64,000 nucleotides of DNA. Origin: Anaerolineales bacterium. Its GTDB lineage: Bacteria > Chloroflexota > Anaerolineae > Anaerolineales > E44-bin32. The translations under genes and the position numbers were made by a program. Below are positions 53,850-64,000 of this stretch, piece after piece. Each line of letters begins with the position of its first letter. Position 1 is the first letter of the stretch. Under the pieces are notes generated by a model, which was given only the letters and a program-made list of their open reading frames with translations, was not told the DNA's origin and made no database searches. The DNA lies in contig DAOUDW010000079.1 in NCBI GenBank assembly GCA_034430895.1, forward strand, positions 9,240 through 73,239. Reading direction: 5' to 3'.

Positions 53850-55646
53850 ATGGCTGCAAGAAAGAAGGCCGAATACGAGGAATCAAAATTGTATCGTGTG
53901 CGTCATTCTGCTGCGCACGTGATGGCACAAGCGGTAACAGAGATGTTTCCGGCTGGCGAGGCAAAGGTCGCCATCGGGCCGCCGATCGATGACGGTTTCT
54001 ACTACGATTTTGATCTGCCGCGTGCTTTGACACCGGAGGATCTGGAGAAGATCGAACAACGAATGCGCGAGATCATCAAGGGTGATTTTACCTTCGAACG
54101 GCGGGTGCTCTCGGCGGACGAAGCGCGGGAGATTTTCAGGGATCAGCAGTACAAGATCGAATTGATTGACGGGCTCGAAGAAGGTGGCCTGGATGAATAC
54201 GGCGAACCGATCAAGGAAAAGCCGGAGATTTCCATCTACACCCAGGATACCTTCGTCGATTTGTGTCGGGGGCCGCATGTTGACCGTACGAGCGAAATCA
54301 ACCCGGACGCCATCAAATTACTCAACGTCGCCGGCGCCTACTGGCGTGGCGATGAAAGTCGTCCCATGCTGCAGCGAATCTATGGCACAGCCTGGACGTC
54401 CGCCGACGAATTGGAAGAATATCTCTGGAAGTTGGAAGAAGCGCGCAAGCGCGATCATCGCAAACTCGGGCGTGAACTTGATTTGTACAGCATCAACGAA
54501 GAGGTCGGGGCGGGCTTGATTCTCTGGCATCCCAAGGGCGGCATGGTACGCAAGCTTGCGGAGGATTTTCTTCGTGACGAGCACGAGCGCGGTGGTTATG
54601 AATTTGTTTACTCGCCGCACATCGGCAAGGCCAATCTCTGGGAGACGAGTGGACATCTGGATTGGTATAAGGAAAACATGTACGCCCCATTGGAAATCGA
54701 GGGTCAACAATACTACCTGAAGCCGATGAACTGTCCCTTCCACATGCATATCTATAAAAGCCGCACGCGTTCTTACCGCGATTTGCCAATGCGTTACGCC
54801 GAGTGGGGCACAGTCTATCGCTATGAACGCAGCGGTGTGCTGCACGGTTTGATGCGTGTGCGCGGCTTTACGCAAGACGACGCGCATCTTTTCTGTCGAC
54901 CGGATCAGATGCCCGAAGAAATCGACCGTGTACTGGAGTTCAGCCTGGAGATACTGCGTGCCTTCGGTTTCGAGAATTTCCAGGCCTATCTCTCCACGCG
55001 CAATCCGGAGAAAGCCGCGGGATCACCCGAGGCGTGGGAAGCACCCACAGAAGCGCTGCGTCAGGCGCTCGAACGAGCGAAGGTGCCCTACCAGGTCGAT
55101 GAAGGCGAAGCCACGTTTTACGGCCCGAAGATCGACTTGAAGTTGTGCGACAGTCTGGGCCGTGAGTGGCAGCTTACGACGATTCAATTCGACTTCACGC
55201 TGCCTGAGCGATTCGATTTGGCATACGTGGGAGAGGATGGCCAGGAACACCGGCCGTACGTGATCCATCGCGCCCTGGTGGGTTCGATGGAACGCTTCAT
55301 GGGAGTCCTGATCGAACATCACGCCGGAGCTTTTCCGGTGTGGTTGTCGCCGGTACAGGCGATCGTGATCCCCATCGCCGACCGTCACATTGACTACGCT
55401 GATGAGGTTGCTGAGAAACTTCGCGGTGCCGGGTATCGTGTGGAAGTCGATTCGCGAAGCGAACGTATGAACGCCAAGATTCGCGATGCACAGCTTCAAA
55501 AGATACCCTACATGCTCGTCGTGGGAGATCGTGAAGCGGAGGCCGGGGCAGCCGCGGTGCGATTGCGCAGCGAAGAGGATTTGGGTGCCATGCCGATCGA
55601 AGACCTGCTCTCAAAAATACAGGATGATATTCAAGCGGGTGTTTGA
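53850..55646 (+). CDS. thrS: Threonine--tRNA ligase
   Basis: RHSAAHVMA, DLCRGPH, RDHRKLG, KPMNCP, RVRGFTQDD, FYGPKID, QLTTIQ, HRAL. Confidence 0.98.
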   Translation: MAARKKAEYEESKLYRVRHSAAHVMAQAVTEMFPAGEAKVAIGPPIDDGFYYDFDLPRALTPEDLEKIEQRMREIIKGDFTFERRVLSADEAREIFRDQQYKIELIDGLEEGGLDEYGEPIKEKPEISIYTQDTFVDLCRGPHVDRTSEINPDAIKLLNVAGAYWRGDESRPMLQRIYGTAWTSADELEEYLWKLEEARKRDHRKLGRELDLYSINEEVGAGLILWHPKGGMVRKLAEDFLRDEHERGGYEFVYSPHIGKANLWETSGHLDWYKENMYAPLEIEGQQYYLKPMNCPFHMHIYKSRTRSYRDLPMRYAEWGTVYRYERSGVLHGLMRVRGFTQDDAHLFCRPDQMPEEIDRVLEFSLEILRAFGFENFQAYLSTRNPEKAAGSPEAWEAPTEALRQALERAKVPYQVDEGEATFYGPKIDLKLCDSLGREWQLTTIQFDFTLPERFDLAYVGEDGQEHRPYVIHRALVGSMERFMGVLIEHHAGAFPVWLSPVQAIVIPIADRHIDYADEVAEKLRGAGYRVEVDSRSERMNAKIRDAQLQKIPYMLVVGDREAEAGAAAVRLRSEEDLGAMPIEDLLSKIQDDIQAGV

Positions 55647-55671
55647 TACCGGGAACGAAGAAAGCAACGTT

Positions 55672-55712
55672 CAAATAAGCGGGGACGCGCTCAGTGCGGC
55701 CCCGCTTATTTG
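55672..55712. terminator. Hairpin after thrS
   Basis: CAAATAAGCGGGG...CCCCGCTTATTTG, 13-bp stem. Confidence 0.7.
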
Positions 55713-55874
55713 TACCGAATATTTTGGATGGTGAAAGTCATTCGGCAAACTTGCCAGGAGAAGGACGCTGCGGATATGGATGGGGCAAATTGAGTGCTTC
55801 AGCTTTTGGAGCTGCGCATATGTTGCGGATATAATATAGATCATCTTGGGAAAAGATGGGATGAAATAGAACAG

Positions 55875-57032
55875 ATGCTGAAACGTTTTCTGGGGTTGAG
55901 TGTCGGATTGCTGTTGGCTTTCCTGGCCTTCTCTATGGCGATGGCAGAAGGGATGCCATCTATAGCCATCGATAATGGATCTGCAGTCTGTACCAACCGG
56001 CTGCAATTACGCCATCCACAACGATGTGCCAACGGTACCGCGCGGAGTTCCTTAACCGCCCTGGCCAACGAAGGTCTCTATCCGGAGCATCCTATTCCGG
56101 TTGGTGAAGTGGACTTGTCGTTGGGTCAGGTGGATTTTACCTATTTGCGTTCCGGCCGTAAGGATGGAACGCCGCTCTACAACAGTCTCGATTCGGTGAT
56201 TAAAGGTCGTGATGCTTACCGCACGATCGAGTCAGGTTTCGTCTATTTTTCCTGGATTGATCGCATCGAGCAAAATGGCAAGGTGGCCTACATGATTGCC
56301 CCGGGTGTCTATATCCGTGGCGATGGGGTGAGTCGTGTATCGATCCCTAACTTCCGCGGTGTGACGTTGACGCATACGCCTGTCCAACCTTTTGGTTGGG
56401 TGATGACAAACGTGGAAACTCGTGTCGGCCCAGGTTCTGATCAAGCCAATACGGGACGGTGGAAGTACCGCTACAACATGGTTTGGATTTTCGATGTCGA
56501 GAATGTGGGAGGATTGGATTGGTACAAGATCGGACCGCAGGATTGGATTGAGCAGCGTTTGCTGGCTATCGTTTTCCCCGATACCGACCAACCGGAGGGT
56601 GTCCCGGACGATCACTGGATTTCGATCAATTTGTATGAACAGACCATGATGGTTTACGAATCGGGTGAGATGATCTATGCCACGTTGGTCTCAACAGGTT
56701 TACAAGGATGGTGGACACAACCCGGGGATTTCCAGGTATACAAGAAATTGGAACGCGATTTCATGGGAGGTGCCTTTGAAGCCGACCGTTCCGATTATTA
56801 CTACCTGGAGGACGTGCCCTGGATCCTGTATTTCGACGAATCGCGCGCGCTGCATGGTGCATACTGGCACAACGGGTTTGGCTATCCGCGTTCGCACGGC
56901 TGTGTTAATCTCTCTTTGCCGGATTCCCACTGGATATACAATTGGGCACAAGTGGGAACGTGGGTGCACATATTCGATCCATCCGGCGAGACACCGACCG
57001 ATCCGAATGCGTATGGGTCTGGCGGCGTCTAG
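55875..57032 (+). CDS. L,D-transpeptidase (YkuD) family exported protein
   Basis: Signal peptide; VSTG, ALHGAYWH...PRSHGCVNL. Confidence 0.88.
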   Translation: MLKRFLGLSVGLLLAFLAFSMAMAEGMPSIAIDNGSAVCTNRLQLRHPQRCANGTARSSLTALANEGLYPEHPIPVGEVDLSLGQVDFTYLRSGRKDGTPLYNSLDSVIKGRDAYRTIESGFVYFSWIDRIEQNGKVAYMIAPGVYIRGDGVSRVSIPNFRGVTLTHTPVQPFGWVMTNVETRVGPGSDQANTGRWKYRYNMVWIFDVENVGGLDWYKIGPQDWIEQRLLAIVFPDTDQPEGVPDDHWISINLYEQTMMVYESGEMIYATLVSTGLQGWWTQPGDFQVYKKLERDFMGGAFEADRSDYYYLEDVPWILYFDESRALHGAYWHNGFGYPRSHGCVNLSLPDSHWIYNWAQVGTWVHIFDPSGETPTDPNAYGSGGV

Positions 57033-57191
57033 GCGAATCTTAAAACTATAATGTAAAATATTAAAGGAAACTTGATTTAAGGTCGAAAAGTGAATTTGGT
57101 ACTAAAGTACTCTGCTGTAGATAAGGTTGAATCTCTAAAATGTAGTCAAATTGGAACTCTTTTATCCTAGTCAGAGGGGGTCGGCGCTATC

Positions 57192-57551
57192 ATGTATGCA
57201 GAGAATGAATTACTCTTTCCACCCAGCGTAATCCCGCGACTGCGCACTGCGCGGGGTGAGCCATGGCGAGATTTGGTCGATCGGGTTTCCCGACTGCCGC
57301 AGGACGATCCGGAGAATCTCGCCTTTCAATTGATGATGATCCGCTTGAATGGCTGTCTCAAGTGCGAGACGGACTCCTATCGAGCGATGCGAGGTTGTCT
57401 GGCTTGCACGCATCAGACACTGCGCAGGCATAAACCGCCCGATGAGGATTTGATCCATTGTTACAATGTAGCTTTGGATGACGTGATCGCACATTTAGAG
57501 ATGGAACCCGGCAAGGGTGTACAACAAACCCCGGCAGCAAAAGCCGCTTAA
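57192..57551 (+). CDS. Conserved hypothetical protein with two CxxC motifs
   Basis: GCLKCETD...GCLAC; GAGGGG RBS; terminator follows. Confidence 0.7.
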   Translation: MYAENELLFPPSVIPRLRTARGEPWRDLVDRVSRLPQDDPENLAFQLMMIRLNGCLKCETDSYRAMRGCLACTHQTLRRHKPPDEDLIHCYNVALDDVIAHLEMEPGKGVQQTPAAKAA

Positions 57552-57571
57552 TGCGAATCATGATCCACGAA

Positions 57572-57601
57572 CACAAAGGGCGCCTTTTGGCGCTTTTTGT
57601 G
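57572..57601 (+). terminator. Intrinsic terminator
   Basis: CACAAAGGGCGCC-TTTT-GGCGCTTTTTGTG. Confidence 0.65.
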
Positions 57602-57773
57602 TTTCCAGAGCAAATGCGATGTGAGACAAGATGCCGGGATATGCTTTCAATGATGATTTAATGGCATGTGGCATATTTCTGTTCTGTAAAATTGTAGTGT
57701 GCAGCGATCGGCATATTTATTTTTGGTTCGGATAAGGGAGATGTAGAAATTTCAGTGGATGACGTCGTAATCG

Positions 57774-58202
57774 ATGGCGCAAACTCTACTCGGTTTTTCT
57801 TCCGCTGTTGATTGTGCGGTCAATCATCTTGTTGGGATTGGCGATCTCGGTCTCGACACAAGCGTGGGTCGGGTAATCGGCTGTAGCTTGCTGCTGCTCA
57901 CGCTGTACAACTTCCGGTCGGCGGGTAGATATTTTAGTGTGGCCCGGGCGCTCGGAGGTGATCACTTTCGGTTGAAATATCGTGCTATGCCGCTCGTGCC
58001 CCGGAGCGCATTCCGCTGGAGCCGGAATGCAATGTATGCCTTTGTATTCTTGGGCCTTTGGTCGATTGCATTGTTCGCCAATTCCGCAGCCGCCTTGATT
58101 CTGGCGATATTCGAGCATGCCTACGTTTGGGTTCATTACTATGCCACGGAGAAGTCGGATATGGATCTGATCTACGGGTCGCATTCGAATTCGTTGTTTT
58201 AA
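57774..58202 (+). pseudogene. Probable 5'-truncated PEMT-like (phospholipid methyltransferase family) membrane protein
   Basis: Only the C-terminal motifs are present (ARALGGDHFR...MPLV...NAMYAF.FLGLW...HAYVWVHYYATEK.DM..IYG); N-terminus looks non-conserved and has no RBS. Confidence 0.5.
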
Positions 58203-58255
58203 GCAGATATTTTCTATAAAATTAGAGATAGAACATGTAGAATGGAGAATAACAT

Positions 58256-59125
58256 ATGCAAATCGTGACAGATAGTGGTGCTGACCTGTATCTGCCCGCG
58301 GAAGAACTGGAAGGATTGGATATCCACATTGTTCCGCTAAACGTGACTCTTGGCGACAAAACATATCGTGAGGGCGTGGATATCAAAAAGGATGAATTCT
58401 ATCGTTTGCTCGCAGAAACGGAGAGCATGCCCTCAACATCTCAACCTTCATCCGGCGATTTCGCGGACACATATCGCCGTCTGGCCGAGAGAGACCCCGA
58501 AATACTCTCGATTCACATCTCCTCGGGTTTGAGCGGCACATACAACGCGGCACGTACGGGAGCTGAGCTTGTTCCAGAGGCCAATGTTACCGTCGTCGAT
58601 GCAAAAACCCTATCCGCAGCTGCAGGTTGGCAGGTGCAGGCGGCAGCTCGGGGAGCGAAGGTCGGTTGGTCGAAGGAACAGATTCTAACGCTCATGAAGC
58701 GTATCAGTGACGCCAGCGACAGCTTGTATACCTTGCGAGAATTGAAGTATCTGATTCACGGTGGACGTATTAGTCACATGAAAGGCTTGATCGCTTCCTT
58801 GTTGCACATTTTGCCCCTGATCGGTGTGGAGAAGGAAGGTGGGACTTACGTTCAGCGTGGACAGGCGAGATCGTTTACGAAAGCAATCGCAGGACTTGTG
58901 AATTTGATCTCCAAGCAGCATGCGCCGGGAAGCAGTTTGCGAACCCAGGTGCTGCATTCGCACAACCCTGAAGGCGCGGCCATGCTGCAGGAGCAGATAA
59001 ATCAGCGTTTCGACTGTTCGTGGTTGCCGGTCGGTCCGATGTCTCTGGTACTCGGTGCGCATACAGGTCCAAGTATGATCGGCGTTGCCTATGCTCCCCA
59101 AGCGATTTTCGCAGGCATCCCCTAG
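58256..59125 (+). CDS. DegV family fatty-acid-binding protein
   Basis: IVTDSGADL, PSTSQPS, SIHISSGLSGTYN, LIHGGRI, LGAHTGP. Confidence 0.93.
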   Translation: MQIVTDSGADLYLPAEELEGLDIHIVPLNVTLGDKTYREGVDIKKDEFYRLLAETESMPSTSQPSSGDFADTYRRLAERDPEILSIHISSGLSGTYNAARTGAELVPEANVTVVDAKTLSAAAGWQVQAAARGAKVGWSKEQILTLMKRISDASDSLYTLRELKYLIHGGRISHMKGLIASLLHILPLIGVEKEGGTYVQRGQARSFTKAIAGLVNLISKQHAPGSSLRTQVLHSHNPEGAAMLQEQINQRFDCSWLPVGPMSLVLGAHTGPSMIGVAYAPQAIFAGIP

Positions 59126-59203
59126 AATGATAGAGGACGTTGCTGCGCAACAGGATTGACGGGCTGCCTGGAATAATATGGTGTTAAGGGTGTTGGTCAC
59201 CGA

Positions 59204-59878
59204 CTATGATCGGGCGATGATCTCCCACCCCTTTTCTTGGGCAACGTCTTCCAGGAGTGGGTCGGGATGCACAGCAACCGGATGGCCGACACTTTCGAGG
59301 ACGGCCAGATCGGTGATGCTGTCGGCATAGGCGAAGCTTTTCCCTAGATTGATCTTCGAATCGTCCGCAAGATGTCGTTTTAGCCAGGTGACCTTGTGCT
59401 GCCCCTGGCAGGCAGGACGTTTGCTGCCGCCCGTGTACCTGCCATTTTGGGTGATCAGGGGCGTCCCTACAACTTCGGTCACACCCCAGAGTTGTCCGAT
59501 TTCTGACAGGAGGGGAACAAAGGTTCCCGAAAGCAGGATCACCCGATGACCGGCGTCTTGGTGTTCCCGCAGCCGTGCAATCATGTGCTCTCGTACACGA
59601 GGGCGGACGTACTCTTCGGCGATCCAACGGAATGCGGCTGCCGCATTTTCGATCTTCATGCCTCGCAACGTCCAACTCAGATTTCGTGCCCAGATGGCAC
59701 GACCGGATGATTCCGAAAGAATGCCGGCCTTCACGAATCCCCACATGGGCCAATGCAAGGCCATAAATGCATAAAGTGGGACGCGTTGCATTCGGTGTGT
59801 CCGGTGGTGTTCGGAAATGGCATAGGTGAGATGGCCGGTGTAGAGCGTTCCATCGAGATCGAAGATGGCAGCGATCAT
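59204..59878 (-). CDS. HAD-IB (SerB-like) family hydrolase
   Basis: FDLDGT, LLSGT, GQHKV, AYADSITDL..LESVGHP.AV.PD; TATAAT at 59921-59916 and AAGGAG favour ATG 59878. Confidence 0.88.
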   Translation of the reverse strand: MIAAIFDLDGTLYTGHLTYAISEHHRTHRMQRVPLYAFMALHWPMWGFVKAGILSESSGRAIWARNLSWTLRGMKIENAAAAFRWIAEEYVRPRVREHMIARLREHQDAGHRVILLSGTFVPLLSEIGQLWGVTEVVGTPLITQNGRYTGGSKRPACQGQHKVTWLKRHLADDSKINLGKSFAYADSITDLAVLESVGHPVAVHPDPLLEDVAQEKGWEIIARS

Positions 59879-60331
59879 GGTGCTTGTCGACTCCTTTGGC
59901 TCCAATGGTTCGTACATTATATGCCCAAGGGGTGGGCGATACATCACGAATGGCGTATCGGGGGAAAACGCCGTAGAAACCCCCTCAGTCAGTTATTGTC
60001 GGATGGTGACGAATGAATTATAGCACCGTCAACCCACATGCCGGAGCTATTAATCGCATTTCGTATATAAAGGCTGTAGAGTGAACATGGTGTCACGCTG
60101 ATCGTAAAAGGCGGAACACGATCTGTGTCGTGAGGGTATTATTAGTGCACTGGCATTTGGTTGAATATGTCCATACAATATACGAGAATCTCTTTTTACG
60201 TAATCTTGGAGATATTCCATCGAAAAGTATCTAGAGTACGCAATCGACAAGGCTAACAACTGATTCCTGAAGCCACCGACGTATAATTTAGCGGGTTCTT
60301 CGGGGCCAATAAACATCCCAAGGAGTACATC

Positions 60332-60952
60332 ATGAAATCACGTCTGGTTTTTTTCGTCTTACTTTGTATCGTAGCTATCCTGGCTACAGCGTGTACGCCT
60401 GAAGCCGACTGGGTTATTCCAGAAGATTTCAATACGTTTGAGGACGATTCAGGGTTTTTCAGTATCTCGTACCCCTCGAATTGGCGGGCGAATCTAGAGA
60501 TCATAAGTCAATTAGAAAGTTACATTGGCGAATATATGAAGGAAATCGATGAAGAGATTCCCGTAGACCAGACTTCATTACTCTTCCTTGCGGGGATCCC
60601 GGAAGGCTCTGGCTACCACCCGAATGTCAATATCGTCATTGAACCCTTGCCGGGAAGTATACGGACCATTCGAGGTGTAGTAAATGGACAGGTTACCGGG
60701 CTTAAATCATTCGCTGAGGACTTCCATGAAATCGCACGCGAAAAGGTGAAGGTTGGCGGAAGAGATGCATACATTCTTGAATACGAGGCAACTTTTCCCG
60801 GCTTAGGGTCCGTTCATGCCCTCATATTGATGACCATGGCTGGCAGTAATGCGTGGACAGTGACATGTACCTGCCTGGATGGAATGGATGATTTCGATCA
60901 ACATGCGGATGACTTTCAATCCATCGTCCGGAGTCTGCGTATTTATAAGTGA
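60332..60952 (+). CDS. PsbP-like lipoprotein
   Basis: LATAC lipobox; FSISYPSNW, PNVNIVIE, F..IVRSL. Confidence 0.7.
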   Translation: MKSRLVFFVLLCIVAILATACTPEADWVIPEDFNTFEDDSGFFSISYPSNWRANLEIISQLESYIGEYMKEIDEEIPVDQTSLLFLAGIPEGSGYHPNVNIVIEPLPGSIRTIRGVVNGQVTGLKSFAEDFHEIAREKVKVGGRDAYILEYEATFPGLGSVHALILMTMAGSNAWTVTCTCLDGMDDFDQHADDFQSIVRSLRIYK

Positions 60953-61169
60953 GTTTGTGTTTAGGACTGCAAAGTCTGCTGTAGGCGTGTGATACGCACG
61001 CATGGCTTTGCAGTCGGAGAACTGAATCTCGAAACCGCCTTTGTGCAATAAATATTGCCAAAATGTAAATACTGGCAATAGATAGTTCTCGGGGAGGCCA
61101 ACAGATGTAATCATCCGGGTTTGTCCAGGGGTCAGGATGATAAGGTGTTTCTGTGCACGCATGGGCTCG

Positions 61170-61203
61170 AAAAGACGGCGATCGTTCTACGGCGCCGTCT
61201 TTT
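61170..61203. terminator. Intergenic hairpin
   Basis: AAAAGACGGCG-12 nt-CGCCGTCTTTT. Confidence 0.6.
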
Positions 61204-61350
61204 ACTTTAGTATCTCAGGCGATAATGATCATCCCAACTTCGGGCGATATTTAGGGAAAATAATTTCTTGAGCCACAAGCATCGTTTGCTTTTGCGCGTT
61301 TCAACACAGTTCAGTATTATCTTGTGTATCGGATGAGAGGGTTGACCGGT

Positions 61351-62943
61351 ATGCTTGAGACAAAAACTAAGTGGGAACGTTGGCGACAAGCTCTACCGTG
61401 GGAGCACGTGCGATTTTATATCGTTGCGACTCTGGTATCACTTGTCGTCTCCGCTTTGTATCTAACTGGCGATGCGGCTGGATCTGATTGGGCATGGAAG
61501 GGATTGCCACTCGATGATAATTGGATCCACTTGGTTTACGCTCGATCTCTCGCAGAGAATGGATGGTTTTACTACAACCCGGGTGTGGCAGAAGCCGGGA
61601 TGTCGAGCCCTTTGTGGGTTGTGTTACTGGCTCTTGTTTATAAGATCGGAACCTTTCTCGGCGTTTCCCCTCAGTGGTGTGCCAAAGGGCTCAGTTTGTT
61701 CTTCACATTGGGTGTGCCCATTGTGGTTTACCACCTCGTTTTGGCCCTGCGCCTGCGATCGAGATTGGCCTGGATTGCCGGATTGCTCGTCGCCTGTGAG
61801 CCCAATCTGGCCTACGGTTCCGTCGCCGGTATGGAAGTTCCTTTGTTCAGTCTGCTCACCTTGGGTGCGTTGTTATCCAGTTGGCGTAAAAAGGAGATCC
61901 TCACAGGTGTGTTGCTCGGATTGCTGGTTATCACACGAGGAGAAGGGGTTTTAAACGCCCTGTTAATCGGGGCAGGGATGCTGGTGCCGCTTTATTTACG
62001 ACGCAAGCGCGTTTCGATAATCACCAAGCGTGAAAGACGCATCGCCACACGTCTCTTCCTTCCCCCCTTGATTCTCGGCGGTGCCTGGGCGATCTACAAT
62101 TACAGCATCAGCGGCCAATGGCTGCCGAACAGCTACTATGTCAAGCACTACTTTGGGCTCGGGATTATCAACCTTACGAATTTGTGGAACGTACTGCGGG
62201 GGTATTTCCATCATCTGGCCATGTTCCAGGGGTTCTTGTTCCTTTTTAGTGTAATCCTCCTGGTCGGTGCCGGGTGGGCAATCTATCGCAATCGAACAAC
62301 GCTTAAGCTGCTGCCTCTGCTATTGATCCCGCTGGTACAGGTTTATGCTTTCTCGATTAACATCAAGGTCCAGGCAGTAGACGATCCATGGACGTACTTC
62401 ACTCGTCGTTATCTGGACTATCTGTTGCCGATGATTGTGATCCTTATGGTTCTCGGTGCGGATTTTTTGTGGAAGGAAATGCGCAAACGGCGGGAACGCT
62501 GGTTGGTGATCGCCGCGCCGGTTATCGTAGTGCTGTGTTTGGCGGTGGGTGTGGTAAATGTGGTGCGTCTGAATGAGTACTTCATCGAACAATGTAGCTG
62601 GAACGCGCGCAATATCGAGGAAGTCGACGTCGCCATGGGTCGCTGGTTGGGGGAAAATCTACAAGGTGAGACGATTATCGGTCTCACCGACGCAGGGGCA
62701 GTACGATTTTTTAGCGATCCGGTAAATAAGGTGATCGATTTTCCCGGTTTAAACTGCTGGCAATGTATCGGACGCCCGATGAGTGAACTGATCGATGAAT
62801 ACCAGCCCGAATATCTGGTTGTGTTCCGCCAGGCCTTGGACGGAAGTTTTAGTTATGAGGAAATCATGAATTTCAAAACGGAACGCAATACGATTTTAGG
62901 GGGGAATGACCTGGTGCTCGTACGATTGGTTCAAACCGAGTAA
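61351..62943 (+). CDS. Polytopic membrane protein, probable GT-C fold glycosyltransferase
   Basis: LPLDDNWIH..YARSL..G acidic first loop, SSPLW, GMEVPL, TRGEG, RRYL; about 11 TM helices. Confidence 0.7.
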   Translation: MLETKTKWERWRQALPWEHVRFYIVATLVSLVVSALYLTGDAAGSDWAWKGLPLDDNWIHLVYARSLAENGWFYYNPGVAEAGMSSPLWVVLLALVYKIGTFLGVSPQWCAKGLSLFFTLGVPIVVYHLVLALRLRSRLAWIAGLLVACEPNLAYGSVAGMEVPLFSLLTLGALLSSWRKKEILTGVLLGLLVITRGEGVLNALLIGAGMLVPLYLRRKRVSIITKRERRIATRLFLPPLILGGAWAIYNYSISGQWLPNSYYVKHYFGLGIINLTNLWNVLRGYFHHLAMFQGFLFLFSVILLVGAGWAIYRNRTTLKLLPLLLIPLVQVYAFSINIKVQAVDDPWTYFTRRYLDYLLPMIVILMVLGADFLWKEMRKRRERWLVIAAPVIVVLCLAVGVVNVVRLNEYFIEQCSWNARNIEEVDVAMGRWLGENLQGETIIGLTDAGAVRFFSDPVNKVIDFPGLNCWQCIGRPMSELIDEYQPEYLVVFRQALDGSFSYEEIMNFKTERNTILGGNDLVLVRLVQTE

Positions 62944-63116
62944 TCTATAGTAAGTATCCACATTCTCCGTGACGTGAAGTGGATCCTTAATTCCACCCGG
63001 GATAAAATCGCCAATCAACCAAAGCTCTAACAACTTCCGTTATACTATGTTGTTAATCTCGCTTTTCCATCGAGTGAAGAAAACGCATGATAAATCGGAG
63101 GTGGGCTATTCAAAAA

Positions 63117-64000
63117 ATGTATCGCAATCCTATCTTGCCGGGGTTTTATCCCGATCCTTCGATTTGTCGGGTCGGTGAAGACTACTATTTGGTCACATCG
63201 ACCTTCGAGTTCTTCCCGGGTTTGCCCGTATTTCACAGCCGTGATCTCGTACACTGGCAGCAGATTGGACATGTCCTCGATCGACCATCGCAGCTGCCGC
63301 TGGATGGCATCGAACCCTCCGCCGGTTTGTACGCACCCACTATTCGCTATCATGAAGGCACTTTCTACGTTATCAACACGCTCGTTCGCGGGCTGAAGGA
63401 ATCGGGTAACTATATCGTCACAGCGACTGATCCCGCAGGGCCATGGTCAGAGCCATACTGGTTGGATGACGCGCCGGGAATCGATCCTTCCCTGTTTTTC
63501 GACGATGACGGTCGGGCATGGTACACCGGCAACCGTATTCCGCCGCAGGGGGAAGGCTACACCGGCCAGCGTGAGATTTGGCTCCAGGAATTGGACTTGA
63601 AGAAGATGCAGTTAAAGGGGAAGAAGTACGCCCTCTGGGACGGTGCCGTCAAAGGCGCTGTACACGCCGAGGCGCCGCATCTTTACAAGATCGAGGGATT
63701 GTATTACCTCATGGTGGCGGAGGCTGGAACCGGTCACAACCACGCAGTAACGATCGCCCGCAGCGAAAAGATCAGCGGCCCGTATGAGAACAACCCACGC
63801 AATCCCATCCTCACGCACCGACATCTGGGTCTCGATTATCCTATCGTGGGAACCGGTCATGCTGACCTGGTCCAGACCCAGAATGGCGAGTGGTGGATGG
63901 TGTTATTGGCGATGCGTCCGTATGGTGGCTATTTCTATAATCTGGGCCGCGAGTCTTTTCTGGTCCCGGTCATCTGGGAGGAGGGTTGGCCGATCGTCAG
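63117..64000 (+). CDS. GH43 glycoside hydrolase (beta-xylosidase / arabinofuranosidase); runs off the window edge
   Basis: Not in the ORF track. Manual translation: MYRNPILPGFYPDPSICRVGEDYYLVTSTF...YAPTIRY...GIDPSLFFDDDG...EAPHLYK...GHADLVQT. Confidence 0.92.
   Translation, partial: MYRNPILPGFYPDPSICRVGEDYYLVTSTFEFFPGLPVFHSRDLVHWQQIGHVLDRPSQLPLDGIEPSAGLYAPTIRYHEGTFYVINTLVRGLKESGNYIVTATDPAGPWSEPYWLDDAPGIDPSLFFDDDGRAWYTGNRIPPQGEGYTGQREIWLQELDLKKMQLKGKKYALWDGAVKGAVHAEAPHLYKIEGLYYLMVAEAGTGHNHAVTIARSEKISGPYENNPRNPILTHRHLGLDYPIVGTGHADLVQTQNGEWWMVLLAMRPYGGYFYNLGRESFLVPVIWEEGWPIV

Noticed and set aside
59961-59985. CGCCGTAGAA match between 59969 and the loop of the 61170 hairpin
   Set aside because: A 10-bp match is within chance expectation for 64 kb and has no supporting structure.
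1-64000. CRISPR array or cas genes
   Set aside because: No regularly spaced 25-45 bp repeats were seen; the repeats found are pairs, hairpins or coding repeats.

Overview
Bacterial chromosomal window, probably from an anaerolineal Chloroflexota genome (inferred from gene content such as the sortase-fused surface protein, T-box, DUF3786 and many lipoproteins; not tested). It holds about 55 CDS, tRNA-Val(GAC) and a T-box-controlled thrS. I found no CRISPR array, transposase, integrase or reverse transcriptase. Main blocks: (1) a glucosylglycerate / mannosylglucosylglycerate-type solute operon (<1-6392); (2) a TetR-linked locus (17300-27428); (3) a lipoprotein-rich block with a second TetR-ABC exporter (27663-40044); (4) a ~2300 aa repeat adhesin carrying its own IPETG motif and C-terminal sortase (42629-49516); (5) housekeeping genes. 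Best candidate for a new system is block 2. Its first gene fuses a class I SAM methyltransferase to an HgcA-like corrinoid/membrane domain (cap helix NVWCAAGG instead of NVWCAAGK). It is followed by a non-canonical HgcB-like ferredoxin, a deazaflavin-dependent reductase, a patatin lipase, TetR and an ABC exporter. An identical 15-bp operator sits behind both promoters. Protein family calls come from motif recognition by eye; no database search was run.
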